Translations under genes and position numbers: made by a program
The notes under the pieces: generated by a model
The model's input: the letters and a program-made list of their open reading frames with translations, nothing else
Told to the model about the DNA's origin: nothing
Databases searched by the model: none
Part shown: positions 1 to 13,962 of the stretch, one piece after another
Numbering within the stretch: position 1 is the first letter of the stretch
How the letters are laid out: the number at the start of each line of letters is the position of its first letter
Assembly (NCBI GenBank): GCA_016748015.1
Contig: JAAOMT010000003.1
Location: 1,244,373 to 1,308,372, forward strand
Length of the DNA stretch: 64,000 bases
Reading direction: 5' to 3'
Source of the DNA: Geosiphon pyriformis uo1
Lineage: Eukaryota > Fungi > Glomeromycota

Positions 1-447
1 ATTAAAAATTATTAATAATAGTTTATATATAATTTTGTACAAAGATTTTGTGTTTGATAATTAGTTAATTAAGACTAATTTTGTTTTTAAAAATACAAAA
101 ACTGCTATATTAAAATTATTTATTTGTTTAAAATATTATTATTAATTATAAAAAGCATATTTATAAAAAAAAGTTTATTAAAGATTAATAATTTATTATA
201 TGTAGTTATTTATAGTTTATTTGCTGTTTTATATAATAATATTATATGTTTACTTAAATTAAAAAAGATTATAATATAAAATTTAATTTAAAAAAAGATT
301 ATTTTTTTAATTTGTTTAAAAAATTTAATTATAATTGGCCCAAATAGTTAATTTAAATAGCTAATTATATATAAAAAATATATAAATTATACTTAATTTA
401 AAATATTAAAATATTGTATTATATTAAATAGCAAGTTTTACATATTA

Positions 448-484
448 AACAACAACAACAACAACAATAATAATAATAATAATA
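448..484 (+). repeat. Compound (AAC)n/(AAT)n microsatellite
   Basis: aacaacaac...aataataat read directly. Confidence 0.9.
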
Positions 485-1979
485 AGTTAATATCTTTAAT
501 TTGTAATTAGTAAATTAAAATATATTATTTGCTTAAATTAAAATTTAAAAAACAAACTAATAAAAAAATAGTTAAAATTTTTATAAAAATATAAACCAAA
601 AATATTTAACTTATATAATAATAATAATTAATAAAAACACATATTTTTATTTAATTTTATTTATTTATTGGTTTTTAGACTATAAAAAATGCAAAAAACA
701 GTTAAAAAAATATTTTAACACTTTTTTTTAAGTTTATTTTTAAGTTTATTTTTAATATATCTTTGTTTTAAAAGTTAAACACAATAAATATTTTTGTTAT
801 AAACATAATTAAAAAATAATATAAAAAAATTTATTTTAAAAAAATATTATTAAATTTAATTTTAATAAAGCAAACAAAAAGACCAAAAAACTTGCTATTG
901 AAATATTGATATTAATTTTTTTTTTATTAATATAAATATAAAGATATTTAAATAATAAATTACATATAATAAATATATAAATCATATTAAAAATATTTAG
1001 TTTGTTTTTATATATTAAATATTTTAATAAAAAAAAATGAAAATACTAGATTTAGTAGTCTTTTTAAGAAGTTTGTATTTTAAAACAATAAAATAAGCAG
1101 TTTTATAATATTATTAATAATTAATTAAATATTAAAGATATAAAAATATTTTTTTAATATATTAATTATTAATATTTCCAATTTAATTATAATTAATCTC
1201 TCATAAATTTTTAATTTTGGTTGTATAATAATAATATTGTATTAAAGATTTTTTATTAATATTAAAATATAAGTTTTTTCTTAAATTCTAATTATTATTG
1301 TGTATTTATATAATTTTTTTCAAAAATTTATTTGTTGTTATTAAAATTTTTTTTGAAATTTTTTTTACAATTGTTTAAAATATTTTTCTAATCTAAAATA
1401 TAAAATATTAATAATATTTTAATGCTTTTTTTAATTTTAACAATAATATTTTTTTTAATTAATAATAATATGAATAATTTTGATTAAAAATTATTTTTTT
1501 AACAGATTTAGCTAATAAATAATAGTTTTATTCAATGAATAATACAAGTAAGTTTTTAATATTTTTATTATAATAATTTAATTTTTAATATTAATTTTTA
1601 ATTTTTTTAATTTGATAGTTTATTTGAATATTTATTAAAAATAAATACTAAAAAATAATTAATATAAATAATTAAAGATAATAATTAAAAAAATTAAAAG
1701 ATAATTTTTTTAATATTAAATTATTATATTTATATTTGTAGTTTTATAAAAAAATATATTAAAATAGTTTATTTTTAATATTTTAACATAGTATTTTTTA
1801 TTACTATATTATAATATTAACTGCTATTATAAAATAATACTTATTGTTAATATTATTTAATAATAATTATTATATTAATTATTAATTTTTTAAGATTATT
1901 GTATTATATTATGATTAAATAATTTATATTATTTTATAATTTTTATTAAATCTTAAATTTTAATAGTAAATATTTTATT

Positions 1980-4630
1980 AGCTAAAAACACATAATTTTT
2001 CAAATAATATTTTATATTATATTCAAATCTAAAACTTTTTTTGAAGTAAAAAATTTATTAAAATATATTATAATAATTACTAATAAAATATTTTTAAAAT
2101 ATATTTATTTAAAATTATTAATCTTTTTAATATTGTATTTTTATCTGTTTTTATTGGTTTGTTTTAAAAAAAATTCAATTATATATTCAATAAATTATTC
2201 AAATTTATTAAGATAAAAACAGCTTAATAATTAGTATTAAAAAATTTTTAACTTTTAAAATATTACAATTAACAACTATATTAATAAAATTTACAGAAAC
2301 AAATATGTAATTAATAGGTTTTTTTGATTTTTTTGAGTTTTTTATATAATAACTTTAGTTTTAAATTTTTCAAAATTAATTAAACTTAACTTCAAATATT
2401 TTTTGAAATTAATACATTTTAAAAAGTTATTTTTATTAAAATTACTATCTAAAATTATAAATAAAAATTTATTTACAGCTTTTATAATTAATAAATTGAT
2501 TTTTTAGTTTAAACCAAATATATTATTAAAGCAACACTAATATAAAACTCTAAAATTAAAACAGAAAATTTGTTTTTAAAAAACAGTCTAATTAATAAAA
2601 GTTTGTTAACAATATTAAAAATTTTGCATATATGTCTATTTAAATTAATATTTATTATAATTATTATACTAAAGCTTAAATAATTAAAATTTAAACCAAA
2701 AATAAAAACTTAAATACTATTAAATTTGTTTTTAATCTAAAATTAAATCTTATTTTTTGATTTAGTTTTAGTAATAATAAAAATTAAATTGTTTAATTTT
2801 TTATGTTATCTTATAATATCTTTTTACTTTACAAAATTGTTTATACTTTTAATATATATATATATTAATTTACTAAATTAGACTAATTATTAGAAAAAAA
2901 AAAAAACCAAAACCAATATTCAAATAGTTTAATTTATCAAAATTGCATTTATAAAATTTTTTAAAATTAATATATTAGTTTTATTTTAACAGTAAAAATT
3001 TTTAAGTTATTTTAATTCAAAAATAAAAATTATTAATAATATTAAAAAAAAAACACTTAAGTTATATCTAAATTAGTTATAATTAAAAAAATATTAAAAA
3101 CAAAATAAGACAAAAAAAAAGAAAAAAAAACCAGCAAAAATATGTTTAGTTTGCATAAAATTATAAAAACTTAATTTATAAATAATTTTAAAAATATTTA
3201 AAAACATTCAAACAAGTATTTAATAAAAAAATAAGTAAAAATAATAATATTATTATTATTAAATAAAGAAAAATCATAAGATAACAAGTTAAAAAAAATA
3301 TTAAAATGATTATTATTAGTTATTTAAATTTAAAATATATTATTAAAAAACATTAGTTAATTAATTATAAATATTTTTTAGCATAAATAATAAAAAGTTT
3401 AAATTTATTAAATTCTGAAAAATATTTTTGAAACTTATTTTTAAGTACTAATAAGATACTAAATTTATATACAAATAAAATATAATTGAACTTTTTATAT
3501 ACAAAGCAAAAAAATAAATACAATCTAGTATATTTTAAATTAAAATTCTTAAAGATTAAAGTTATAATTAAAACTATTAATAAATTATTAAACTTAAAAT
3601 AAATAATTAAATAATAGTTAATTATACATTAATAAAATCCAAAAAATTTTATAAATTATATATAATAATTTTTAATAAAATATAAAACAAAGTTTTATGT
3701 ATATTTTTTATATTTTATGATAATTTATTAATATTAGTTTTAATTATTTAAACATCTTTTTTAATAAGAACAAACTACTTAAAAACCAATAAATTAGCTT
3801 GTATTTAATTATTAAACTCTATTAATGTTTTTTGTTAAAGCTTTATTAATTGCATTTTAATTGTATTTTAATTATTTTAAATTTGATTAATATAATATAT
3901 ACAGTCTTTATTAATATTTTTACTAAAATTTTTTTAATCATTATTGTCTAATTTATCTAATTATTTATTAAATACTTAAAATTAATATTTACTTTTAATA
4001 TATTAATTTTAATTAGATTTATAATTTTTATTATACCAAATTCAAATATAAAAGTTATACAAATAATATCACTAAATTTTAAAAAAATAAATATTTTCTC
4101 AAAACTATTAAAAACAATTTTTAAACTAATTTAATTTATTCTAAGAAAACTTGTTATTAACAGTTAAGAAATTAATATCCAAAATAATAACTTTTTTAAT
4201 AGGCATATTTATTTTAATTTTAAAAGATGATAAAAAAAGTTTTGTATTTTTATTCATATTAAAATTTAAAAATTTAAAAAAAAATTATTTACGATATTAA
4301 TATTAATTTTTTTGATTAAAATAAACTCAAAAGTGTTTTTATTGTTATTATTAATTTTATAGCTGTTATTTTTTTATTAAATTTGTCTTTTATGTTAAAA
4401 AACATATTAAAACTATCAAAAAATCTGTTTAAAAATACATTTTTCATGTTATTAAAACTTGTTTTTTTAATAAAAAAAAATTTTTTTGACTGTTTTTTTC
4501 TTAAACATATTATTGTTTAAGATTATTAATTTTATCACAAAAGTTTTATCTTAAAAAATTATAAAAAAAAACAGAAAAACAAAATAAAACTAAATTTTTT
4601 TTTATTAAAAAATTTAAAAAAAAGTTCAAA
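1980..4630 (-). mobile_element. Fossil LINE copy D (ORF1 plus APE region of ORF2), same family as LINEs A/B/C
   Basis: 2760-2830 ttagttttagtaataataaaaattaaattgttt matches 46706-46740 tttgtttcagtaacgatagagaccaaattgttc. 4050-4210 matches 21160-21330 (aaattttaaa...aaattaatatccaaa). 1981-2020 matches ~45914-45950. Differences are mostly G>A/C>T; boundaries approximate. Confidence 0.65.
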
Positions 4631-4980
4631 AAAAGAATTATCTATAATAATCTTTAAAAAATAGTATAAAAGCAAAAAAAACAAAATTAAAAAGTAATTT
4701 TAATAAATATTAAAAAAAACCATTTATTCAAAAAATTTTTAGCAATTAATAAATATTTTTAAAAAACAAAAAAAACAATAATTTAATTAACTTTAAATTT
4801 AAAATTAAATATAATAATATAATTTGTTTTGTTTTTAAAACTAGTCTTTTTTTTATTATAAGTTTTACAAGTGAAGTCCAACTGCTATTTAGTACATAGA
4901 ACCAAACTAAGTAAAATCAACTAAATGCAACTCATACACAGATTACATGTGGCCAACCACTTGGGCCAAACAAGACAACA

Positions 4981-7900
4981 CTACACATCTATGATAACAA
5001 AAGCATTACCACCTAAAACAGAGAAAAAATGACACAATTTGTGTCTTCCAAACTTAACAACAAAAGATTCTATAACACTAAGCATACAGACAACACCAGC
5101 TGACAATGTAGAAACCACACAGCTAGACAAGCCAGAAACCACACCATTATCTCCAATCAAACCAGCCTTTTCTATCTTCACTTTATGCTTGGTCCTAATA
5201 GTCCATATTCGAGTGTGCTACAACTCCACCACAAATCTGATGTATTCTACAAGAGTCTAAGTAGCTTTTTTTTTTCCCTTAAAAACTAAAACAGCCTCAA
5301 CATACCAATTTCTCATTACAAAACCCTTGCATACTGCCATATAAAGACTTATATTTGAAGAATATGACAAGAACAAAAGCAGAACAATAGATGAAAACGA
5401 ACTTAAAAGACCAGACATTGATATCTATTTTTCAACAGCTTCAACCAAAATGTTTCTGTGGAGGCCAGAGTCATCAGAACAAGCAAAAACATGATCAAAG
5501 AACTCCATCTTGCCACACAGCAAACACAAAACACCAAGATAACTTCTGTTATATAATCTCTTTCTAACTGCAACTGGCAGCCACTTATATACAGTTTTCA
5601 TCAAATATGTGTGTAAATTGGCTGACTTCCTACTGGTAAACCCAGAAAGCATGTGCAAATCAGAATGCCAAATTGTTGCAGTAGCATCCCAATCTATTTC
5701 CTTAATCATAAAATTCGAAACTATATCAAAACCTGAACCAGCCTTCTAACAAGCACAACATATTGACTGGTGTAAGTTCTAAGCAAAATGATGAACATTG
5801 CCAGATATGACAGTCTTCTCAGTGACCAGAAACTTCTCCTGGATTTTAATTGGCAAAAAAAGAAATGAAGAAGTAGTCTTATTAGCCAGCATATCAGTCT
5901 TTATGTTGTCCAATACATCTGAATATTCTTTAACCTTTACCCACTTGATTGAAATATTCTTGTCTTTAAAGAGATTAACAATTTGCAATCTTTTAATCTA
6001 ACATTGATTATGGAAGTCAGGTGTAGTCAAAGAAGCCTTGGAAATACAGGCATCAATTGCAGATTAACTATCTGAGTACAAAACTACTGAGCATGAAAAT
6101 AGAACACACTTCAAAGCTAACACCACAGCTTGTAGTTTAGTTAAAGTAAAGGACAAAAATCCAGTGACCTTAACTTCAATGCCTGTGTTCATAGCCGAGA
6201 AATATGCAGCCACTCCATCTGCTGCCTTAACAGAACCAACACATCTTAAGAACTCATCTGTATAAATCTTGATACAATTAGACCACATCTCCAATAGACT
6301 ATTACAAACTTCAGAGATCTCATCAGAATCCAAAACACTTAGCACATCTTCCTTAGTAGCAGTAGTAGCTCTGACCCCCAAAGAAATAGAATTGTTCATA
6401 AAATCAGACATCAAAGAAAACCAGTAAGGCACAAGATTTCTTGGGTCCAATCACTTTCAATGCTGAAATGTTTTCTAGTCTATCATCTTTCCTTTCTTGT
6501 CAAAAATTCTGTCACCAAAAGCAACACCAAAATGCTTCAATAAAAAAACTGATTTGTAATACAAAGACTGACCCAGAATGCCAGACATCAGAAAATCACT
6601 GGACCTATAAAAGACACAAGGTAAATTGTTTGCTAAAGATAATTCATTCTCCAAAAAAATTTTCACCACTCCTGCCAAAAAATTGTTAATAGGACTAACA
6701 CACAACTTAACAAAAAATTGCAAAGAATTCAGAGGAGACTATTTTAGAACTTGCAAATCCAAAAATTTATGATCAAATAAATATCCAAGAATGCTATGGT
6801 TATTAGAAAATGAAATCAGTGATGCCAGCTTTTCTTTAGACTGTACTTGCTTAAAGGGCTTCAAACTATATAAAGAAGGGTGGTGCAAGACCTCACTGGA
6901 AAAGTCACATGGTAAACCAGCTTTGGCTCTAAGACTTTTTCTAATCATGATATCTCACTTATAACACACATCTAATGTAACAAAACTGAACTGTATATGA
7001 TAACTAACAATAGATTGCAAAACTGCCAAAACCAAATAACAGAATTGTTTATCTGTAATAGCTTTTTTTAACATTATATTAGAAAAAAACCTGACATCCT
7101 TATGGGCTTGAGCCAAACTGAACTTAGAGAGACCCTCAGTTGACAGAAAGATACCCAGATATTAGTGTGATTCACCTTTTTTAGCAATCAAAATTGGCGA
7201 TTCATTGTTTAATAGCAAAGCATTCTTAATTTTCTGATTGATAGAAATCACTACCATCTTATTATTATTAATTGAGATGTTATTGATCACAAAAAATTCA
7301 CTAGCAATATTCAAAATATACTACATAGATGTCTGGTTACTTCTGACCCAAATCATATCATCAACAAAAGTGCCTGCAGCCAAAAAGGAAGTTTTTTCTC
7401 TACTTGCCTCAATCCTACCAGACTTTGCTACAAATTTAGAATCAATTCTATACTCACATAAGTGCTCATACCTTTTCACTTTACACAAAAGTGGATCATA
7501 AAATATTCTCCAAAGCAGCAGAGAAAAAACCTCCCCTTGATCCAACCCATCATGTACTCTATAACCATCTAAAAGCCCAAAGTCAGTCATCATCCTATTG
7601 ATCCAGTCCTCATAAATATTGCCAAAAAATTGAATGAAATGTTCACACATTTTGATGCAACGCAAGCTTGCTCGCAAATGATGCCAGCCTACTAAATTAT
7701 AAGCTTTGTGCATATCTTGCAGCACTAATCAAAGCTTCCTGTTTTTCTCCAAAGCATCCTCAACAACTGAGCCAATAGCAAAAATAGAAGACTGGATCAA
7801 AGTACCTTTTAACACCAAAAAATTGTCACTACAAAGAAAGATATCCGATCAGATAGGATTTTAGATAGTATTTTGCATGCTGTTTTGACTAATGTGATAG

Positions 7901-9646
7901 GTCTAGTATTAATCAGAACACCATTCCACTCATAAGATTTTGGAATCATTAAAACTCATGCTTCTTTTCACAGATCAGAAACTGCACCCATACTCAAACA
8001 CAATTTCAACAATTTCAAAAAACAGGCCAAAATCTCCCCATCACAACACTTCTAAAGTTTATTAGGTATCTTTAATAACCTGACTGCTTTATTATTCAGC
8101 AAATTATCTACAACCAGAGACAATTCTTCTATACCAATTTCATTTATTGTACCAGAAAAAGCATTATCATCCACATAATTCAGAGGCATATATTGGCGAG
8201 TCCAAAGGTCAGGTATTTTTGGAAAAACTAATTGCTTCTTTATTCACTTTTTCATAATTTTATCAATCTTGAGCTTTATCTCATTAAGCACAATCACCAG
8301 CTCATCATCTACTACCAAGTAATCCAAAACCACCTTGTAAAATAGACATTCCAAAATGCTCTTTATCATTTTTCCTTTGTTAAAACAGAAGTTTTTTATA
8401 TGATGGTTAATTGTTTTCTTTATAGTAGTATCTTCAGCAACTTTAAACTTACAATACTTGGATTTACGATACTTTTTCCTTATTACTGATAAATGTTTAA
8501 TCAACTCCATCAAGCTCACACCATTCAAAACCATGCCATTAATCTTGGAAGCTTCGACTATATCAATAGCCAACCAGACTTTAATAAGATGGTTGAAATT
8601 CAGGAGATTATTGGAGTTTCAACATTTCACAATCTTTGTAACAAGCAGCTCCAATTTAAAAAATTTGAAAGATTGCTTATTCTTCAAACAGTTATATTTA
8701 CTATATCAGATCTTAGAGAAAACTGTGTCAGCAGTCTGTACTATAGTCTTTTTTAACATTTTTCATATTGTATTCAAGTCATCATTGATTTTTGCCTCCT
8801 CAAACATGTCCAACCTAGCCAACAACATGGCAAAAAAGCAGTCTTTAAAGCTTAATCATTGAACATTATCTACATTCTTTAATTTGAACTTTTACCAGTC
8901 ATGGTTGGCTTGTCTGCAAATACTAATAAGATATGTATCTAGCAGCCCATCTAAACCAATTGAAATGGAAACTGACTTATAATCTGTATCAAAAAACTCA
9001 GATACATCATTAACAAAATGTGATGTCAAAGCAAACACTAAATTTCCATTCACTAAAATAAAATCAATCACTTTCTCAACACCTCTAAAATTGCTCCAAG
9101 TGGAAGCCTTGGCCAATAAGTGTCCATCAAAAGTATTAACTAGGCCCAAACCCAAACAGAACTTGAAACTTACACTTTTGTTAAACACATTTTCATTAAA
9201 GTCACCACCCAAAACCACAAAAAAGCTAGAATTGACCACCTTAGAAACCATAGAATTAATATTAGCAGCTTGACTAAATTGTGTGCCAATAGATGCACCA
9301 GCGTATAGATCCAAGATTATAACCGAAAGCTTGTTTTTGAACAAAAGATGCACAAAAATCAAATGACCAGGAATCTCATCCACTTTTGAAACATGTTGAG
9401 CCAAAGAATTGTTCATAATTATGGCAACCCTAATATCATAAAACCCAACATCCAAACCAGAAGTAAAAACCCAAAGTCCATCAAATTTATTCATAATTCA
9501 AGACCTAATATCAGATCTTAATTTCGTTTCAGTAACAATTGAAATCATATTTTCTGAATCCTTATGCCAATGAATAATGTCTTTCTGTTTAGCTAAATTC
9601 GACATACCCCTAACATTACACATAGTCACTCTTCAAATGAGCTCAT
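4981..9646 (-). pseudogene. LINE A ORF2: APE endonuclease-RT-RNase H-CCHC, broken by many stops
   Basis: GGDFNE, IDFIL, FDTDY (APE); LQDMHKAY, GTFVDD (RT); YTDE, LQAV, YSDS, WVKVK (RNase H); CLLCG..HVFAC zinc finger. Confidence 0.9.
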
Positions 9647-10909
9647 TTATTGATGCAAAAAATACATCAAAGAACCTAAATTTATACACAACAGATCTAA
9701 TTTTCCCAAGATTGAGCCAATAGAAACTTTGAGAGCCATTATCTTAGATTCCAAACTGCCAACTTTTAAGGTAGGAACTTTTGAACTACTCAGACCCAAA
9801 TCCACCACTTTGTCTTTTAATACTGAAAAAAAAGGAAGAAAGGACAACTGTGAGACATCCAAAACCATATTAGTATCAGGTAATGCCAATATAGAAACAG
9901 AGGTGGCCAGAAGTACAACTTGAGTAATAAGCACCAGTTCTACACTATTTAATCTATGCACAATATCTGACATCTGATTAGCTAGTAATTCTTAGGAATG
10001 TTTCAATGAAGCTAGATGATTATTGATTAAGGATTCATCTTAAACAACCAGTGAGCTTCCCTTAATACTTGAAGAACCAGAAGAAAGAGGACTAAACCCA
10101 AAACCAGAGTCGAAATAAAGGCCACTAGAAAGAAAAGCAAGTGAGACCATTTGCGCCCAAAATTTGCCACCAAAGGCAGCAGGTTTAGAAATAGAAACAC
10201 CCTTCTTAGCATACAATTTTACCAGCCAGAGACAATGGCCTTCTGAAGAAACTCTTTTAACAGGTCTTAAGAACTTAGAGATGGGTAGAGTTGATACATT
10301 ACACTTCAGAGCAAAATGGCCAAAATGCCCACACTTTTTACAGTAAACCAAGTTCAATCTAGTTCAAGATAATTTAACACCACCAAATATTGGCTCAGTA
10401 CAATAAATAGACTCCAAATCCTCTTTAAATTTGAAACCAATTACAGTACAGCATACCTGGTTGTCAGAATCTATTGAGCAATTAATGACACAGGTTTTTC
10501 CACCAGTCCCATCCAAAAGAGTGCCCTAATCATGAACAGATGTTTCTACTAGCAAAGTAAACAGCAAAGTTCTGAATCTGTCTCTTGATGTCCAAGTCTC
10601 ATAATTACCTACAGCCATGGTCATACACACCAAATCTTTACCAATCAAGAAGAACCATTTAGCAGCCAAATGTTCAGCCTAATTTAATTTAGCAAATTTC
10701 ACCACAGCTTTTTGCCATAATCCAATAAGTTGAATTTTGATCGACTTAATTTCACCAAATTTAGCTAATGCAATGACAATTATATCCTTTGGCATGTTCA
10801 TGGAAATTTTCTTGATGACTACAGCCTGATTTGAACAAATTCTTTGTTTCTTGAGATCGGTGTTTACAACAATTCCTTTTTTTTTAACTAATAACACAGC
10901 TTTCTTTAT

Positions 10910-11820
10910 TGTTACAGGTGATATTTCTGCTGTTGAAGTAAATAACAAACCCATAACTTGGTGCTCAAAAGTTACTTCTGGAGATGCAGTTCTGCAAGTG
11001 TTGTATCTGAAGGTTTTGATGGAGTCTTTTGTATAATAGACAGAGATTCAATAGTGTTGATAGTAGAGGTATCTTTCCAAGAGTTTTCCCAATTTTTTTC
11101 TCAGCGTGGTGGCCAGATTTAGTCTGGCAGTCGTGCTCTTCTGGTAAGTTATCTGATAATATATAAAATTCTACCCTTATTTCTGGGTCTTTTACCAGGC
11201 TATCTTTGACGTTAATAACTCAGTGCTTAATCTTTTAATCAATTAGTATACAACAACAAAATCAAAAAAAAAGAAATTAAAATAAAGAAATTAAAATAAA
11301 GAAAATAAAATAAAGAAAATAAAATAAAGAAAATAGAGAAAATAAGCCAAGGCAATTTGGGATGTTAGTATCTCATCAATAGCCATGATCAAGAGCTATT
11401 GTTCCAGTGTGGTTAAGTATCAATTACTATCAACATGAAGTGTTGATAGTAGAGAGTGGGTTGAGATATGGAATAATTATTTATTTGATGATTGGGAACT
11501 GGAATGTTGCTTAGATTAAATCTAAACTAAGAGGTCTGTCTTTTCAGCTTCTATTCTGCTGCTATATATACATAATTGAGATTCCTTAATTCCTTGATTC
11601 TTCATGACAAGAATCCTGGAATTCTTGGAATCCTGTGATTCTTTTGAAAGGAATCCTAGAATTCTGGAATCCTGCAATTCCTTGTCGGGGAATTCTGAAA
11701 TTCCTGGAATCCTGCAATTCCTGAGAGGAATTCTGAAATTCCACATTTACTACACCTACTTCTAATTAGCTAATATCTACTAACTAATAATACTATATTT
11801 TTTATATTCTATGAGTAACA
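10910..11820 (-). repeat. 3' LTR of the Gypsy element
   Basis: Starts tgttacaggtg, ends tatgagtaaca; direct repeat of 20255-21143. Confidence 0.95.
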
Positions 11821-11835
11821 TTATTTTCTTCTTTT
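11821..11835 (-). other. Polypurine tract
   Basis: aaaagaagaaaataa on the minus strand immediately before the 3' LTR. Confidence 0.7.
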
Positions 11836-12463
11836 AATATTGAGCTCCGTTGAAATTCAACTCGTTTAATTCCCCCTCTTGAAGTATTTTCTGGATTTTG
11901 TTTTCGAGAATTACTTGTGTTATTTGGGCCTGTAATTCTTCAAATTGAGCATTGGTAATCTTTTCCAATTGATTACTGGTAACCCTATCCATTGCTTTGT
12001 TGAGTAATATTTCTGGCCTATCCTGAAATGCTGTGTGTATTCAGTAGATGGCTTGGGCCTGTGTGGATAAGTTGTTCTTTCCCATAAAATGTTCTAATTG
12101 TTGTAGTATTCTTTTGTCGTATAATTGCTTTGTTTTATCCGTATATAGATTCTGGATATTTATGTGTTGTCCCAAGTAAAAATAACAATAGTTTTTTAGA
12201 AATTGTTGTATCCACCAATTCCAAGTTTTTTTAGTCAACTCTTGATATAGTGCCTCTTTTGTTGACTCTCTTATTGCTAATTTTACTTTTGCCATAATTT
12301 TGTCCACCGTATTTTCAGTTTTCTTCTGTGTTCTGAATTGCAATGTCTTTTTAGTATCTTGATATCAAATAGTTTGTTAATTGATTGTAATCTCCATTTC
12401 CTGGTGTTGGATCAACTGAAAGAGCTGTTGTGTTAGTGAGTGAATGTTGTCTATAATTTCCAT
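11834..12463 (-). pseudogene. Gypsy ORF3, unknown function (~210 aa when repaired)
   Basis: ATG at 12463 (MEIIDNIHSLTQQLF) is in frame with track ORF 12041..12343. Stops look like CAA>TAA/CGA>TGA. One frameshift near 12010 gives ...ELNFNGAQY* ending at the PPT. Confidence 0.6.
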
Positions 12464-12517
12464 TTTTCTGATATTTTCTGTTGTATCTACTGTGTCTTTA
12501 TATATTCTTTTGCTGAA

Positions 12518-13900
12518 TCAGTTTAATGTGTTGTTGTTGATAATAATGATTGGTTCCAAATCTCGTGGAATCTCATCTGATTGGACTAGCATTCTTTGTA
12601 CTCCTAATTGTGGAATATTACTGGTAGATGGTAGTATGATGTTGTGGTATGATTTCAGTCGATTTCTATGTGCTGCTTTGATTAAAATTTTGTTATTCAG
12701 TCTTAATTTGTAAGCTCTATTTCTTAGAATTTTTTCTATGTGAAATGGCCCATCCCATTTGGGGTCAAATTTTCCACTCCATTGTTTTTCCGCTTTGGTA
12801 TGATGTAAAAGTACTTTGTCTTCAATCTTGAATTCAACTGGTTTATCTGGTAGTTGGTTATCATGTCTTTCTTTTTGTTTTTCTTGTGACTTTTGTATGT
12901 TATCAGCTGCTCTTCGTCATTTGTTTTCTAATGTTTCCATTAAGTCATATGTTTTTCTCAACAATGTATTTTTGAAATTCTCTTCTGTTATTGGTTTGGT
13001 TGAGTATGTGCTGACTTCTATTTTCACTGGTAATGTTGCTGTTCTACCATATATTAATTCAAATGGTGTTGCTTGTGTAGTATCTTGCTTCATTGTCCGA
13101 TAAGCAAATAGTACTGATGATATTAACAAATCCCAATCATTCTGGTTTTTTTGGCTGAGTTTAGTTATTGCTTCACACAATGTTCTGTTGAATCTTTCGA
13201 CTAATCCATTGGTTTGTGGATGGTATGGTGATGATAGTGGTCTCTTAATTCCGAATCTTTGGCTCAATTCTGTTAATGTTTTGTTCACAAAATGAGTTCC
13301 TTGATTAAATAACAATTCTTTTGGACATCTATGTTGACAGATTAAATCCTGATAAACAAATTTGGCAACAGATTCTGCATCTGCTCTTTGAATTGCTTTT
13401 GCCTCTGGCTATTTAGTGAGATAGTCTATGGCTACTGCTATGTACCTGTTTCCTCCGCTGGTGATTGTTAATAATCTGACTAGATCAATCTCAACACGGT
13501 CAAATGGTTGTCTTACTTTGATTGGTCTTAATGGTTCACTGGATTTCGTACCTCCTCTCTGCTAACAAGCATCACAATTTTGAACATATTGGATAATGTC
13601 TGGATACATTGATGGTCAATAGTATCTTTTTTTGGTTCTTTTTATGGTTGCTTCTTTGTGAAAATGTTCTGCTGTTGGATTTAAGTACATATTAAATAAT
13701 ATTGTCTCTTTTTCTGGTTCTGTAACTACTCTGGTTGGTTGATCTGGATTTTTTCTATTTTTCTGATAAAGTATATTTTGGTGAGTGATAAAATATTTTG
13801 ATTGTTGTTTGATACTTTTTTGTTCTGGTTGAGATAAATTTTCCTTGAACTGTTGAGTGTTTATATAATGTTGCAGTTATTGATATTTTTGTATGTCCAT
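12518..13900 (-). pseudogene. Gypsy integrase, separate ORF (HHCC, DDE core, GPY/F)
   Basis: ATG at 13900 (MDIQKY); H...CDAC zinc site; QGTHF, YHPQTNGLVERFN; KFDPKWDGPF; ends LEPIIIINNNTLN* at 12518. Confidence 0.88.
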
Positions 13901-13962
13901 CTTTTGTTATATTTTTCGTTGGTATTGTTCTGGTTTTGTTATATTTTTGTGTTAAAATGTTC

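Larger units (their letters stand above)
1..4845. other. Extremely AT-rich desert, at least partly eroded transposon DNA
   Basis: Very few G/C bases and no ORF in the track. Positions ~1980-4630 align by eye to the LINE family of this window. Positions 1-1980 are not assigned. Confidence 0.8.

Noticed and set aside
5039-10346. Plus-strand ORFs over the LINEs (also 42090-48656 and 57781-63679)
   Set aside because: Antisense shadows of minus-strand LINE ORFs with no independent motifs
11575-11745. Palindromic repeats resembling a CRISPR array
   Set aside because: Units are 8-9 nt without unique spacers and lie inside LTRs; no cas genes; eukaryotic context
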